From Selaginella moellendorffii (Eukaryota; Plantae; Lycopodiophyta): 64,000 nt of DNA. Every line of letters begins with the position of its first letter. Positions within the stretch are counted from its first letter, which is position 1. The position numbers were made by a program, and so were the translations under genes. Positions 62,101 through 64,000 of the stretch are shown here, one piece after another. The notes under the pieces are model-generated. The model did not search any database. It was not told the origin of the DNA and saw only the letters and a list, made by a program, of their open reading frames with translations. The stretch lies in NCBI RefSeq assembly GCF_000143415.4, contig NW_003314288.1:84002-148001 (forward strand). The letters are read 5' to 3'.

Positions 62101-64000
62101 TCACTGTTAAATCATCATCGAGCAAAGCAAGTGTCAACAGTCCTCGACTAAGTCTACAAGTAATCACTAGTCGCAAAGCAACTAACAATCACTCCTCAAC
62201 TTGCCTTCACAAGACCCAAACACCAACTTTTATCATCAAGTTATATACTTATCCAACATGAATGTGATACCCCAGGTACGAGATAAAAGTTCATGGACAA
62301 GCACCAACCAAATGACTACTCGAATCCAACTCAACCGTAATAAACTCACTAAAACATTTAGCCACTAGCTCTGAGCATGCCTTGAAGAGGCTAGCTACGC
62401 ATAATCAACACTCAGTTGAAACTAAAGTGAAGACTATGAGATGGACTCATATCGGTACACAACCTCCTTATAGACAAAGCTATAGTATGGGTACCAACAC
62501 CTCAAACTCAAATAACTAAGTTGGACATCACCATCCTTAGCCAAGGTGTAGGGCCACCAAGACCAAGTCAAGATCAGTGAGAGCTTACTACTCTCATAGA
62601 GTTTAACGAAATGCAAGATGCAAACTACCACCAAGCACAACGCTTATAGAAGAAAGGCACAAAGGTCACCTTTCTTAGAAAAACACAACAACCACTTTTC
62701 TACACCGACTCTAGACTCTATCCAACTCAATTGCCTTAGCCCCAAAAGTTAGCATCCCTTTCGGGCTGCATCATACAAACTACATACTAAGGTCTAGGCT
62801 AACCGAAGTTAACTCCAACCCTTTCACTAGTTTGTATTGGCTTACAAAAACAGAATGGTTTTCAAGCAAAGTGACCGACAGATCAGCCATTGGAAAAACC
62901 TAAGAAAATTTGTGGAAAAATTTCCATCATAGAGAAAGAATGACTCTCAATCCAGGAATACAAACTTTCAAGACTCAACTAACTTCCTTCTACCAACAAC
63001 TTCATATAGGTTCATTTCAATACCAATTCTCATGACTCATAGCATGTTTAAGCATCAAACATCTTTTGCCCATTTTTCCGACATCCAACACTGATGTTCG
63101 CAAAATGCAAAGTGAACACCCAAGGCTTGATCACGAAGACCACATCTTTGAATATCCACATTGCACTAACACTTTTTTTCAATCATGTTCAAGATCCAAT
63201 ATGATGCCAAAACACTAATAAGAAAAATGACATGGAAAATCAAGGTTTAAGGAGAATTCCTCATCACTCAAAATAACAATGCCACTTCCACCAACACTAG
63301 TGCTAGTGATGTCAATGCCTCAACTACACACTGTCTCCATCCAACAATCTACTCCAAGTGCTAACGGATCAACTAATGAGGTATACAAATAAATGCTACA
63401 ACCCTTTTTCCAACACCTTATGGGCAAACCCTCAAGAACAAGGAACCAATTTAAGCTTAGCATAATGGACCACCATTAAAAATCCAATCAAAGCTACTAC
63501 AATGCTACTATATGTAAATAGACTAGCTTCACTATCAACCACTTTGGGGTTGATCATTGTTTAACCAAGCAACTTCGTAAACGCATTGCTCATTATCACA
63601 TGGATATGATATAAATATCACAATGACTTGATCATCAATTAAACAACACCATGAGCAATGCCAATGTCATTATTTCAAAGGTTCATGTGACTATCAAGTG
63701 CCAACTCAATTCGACAAAATGCAACATAAATGCCACACCCCACCAATAGAGATTTATAACACCGAAGACCACTAACTTTTGTTCACAACATGGGCAAACT
63801 CATGCCACTCTCTTTCCGACCAAACTCAAAACTAATCCAACACCAAGCTACTCAGAGAGCAATAGTAAGGTTCCTCATAAAAGAATTAAGCATTGTAACC
63901 CAAGTCTTCTAATACCAAGCCTAGATAAAATGGTATAGCGCTTCACCATTATCCATCCCATAACTCACTACTTGTAAGACCACCATAACCAACATGCATC
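59193..64000 (-). mobile_element. Degenerate gypsy element on minus strand: 3' LTR 59193-59708, PPT 59709-59721, long 3' region, integrase remnants
   Basis: GGGGGGGAGAG immediately precedes TGTCGCGA on the minus strand. Degenerate integrase-like coding around 63000-63600. Confidence 0.7.

Overview
Eukaryotic plant nuclear DNA. Very short (~50-70 bp) introns, dense genes and many PLS-class PPR sequences suggest the lycophyte Selaginella; this is inference and was not verified. Both ends (1-13 kb, 54-64 kb) are LTR-retrotransposon nests. They include a Ty3/gypsy chromovirus whose integrase GPY/F domain is split by an apparent 52-bp GT-AG intron, solo LTRs with TSDs, and a frameshifted P-loop NTPase gene of a type I associate with fungi and oomycetes. 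The centre (13-39 kb) holds the main signal: about 15 intact and decayed copies of a small secreted Trp/Cys-rich peptide gene. Each has a signal peptide, a GVD[V/M]GGIAKAAAQ linker and 1.5-6 copies of a 14-aa C-x2-GWYW-x4-C-x2 module. The array was built by tandem and inverted segmental duplications that also carried fragments of a GT4 glycosyltransferase. It also contains a Cassandra (5S-rRNA-carrying) TRIM, FPGS and a start-less KP4-killer-toxin-like gene. The 39-53 kb region is ordinary gene space: GT4, PPR, a CGL160/UncI-like membrane protein, a CELF/Bruno RRM protein, a class I formin and a divergent CrcB/FEX.
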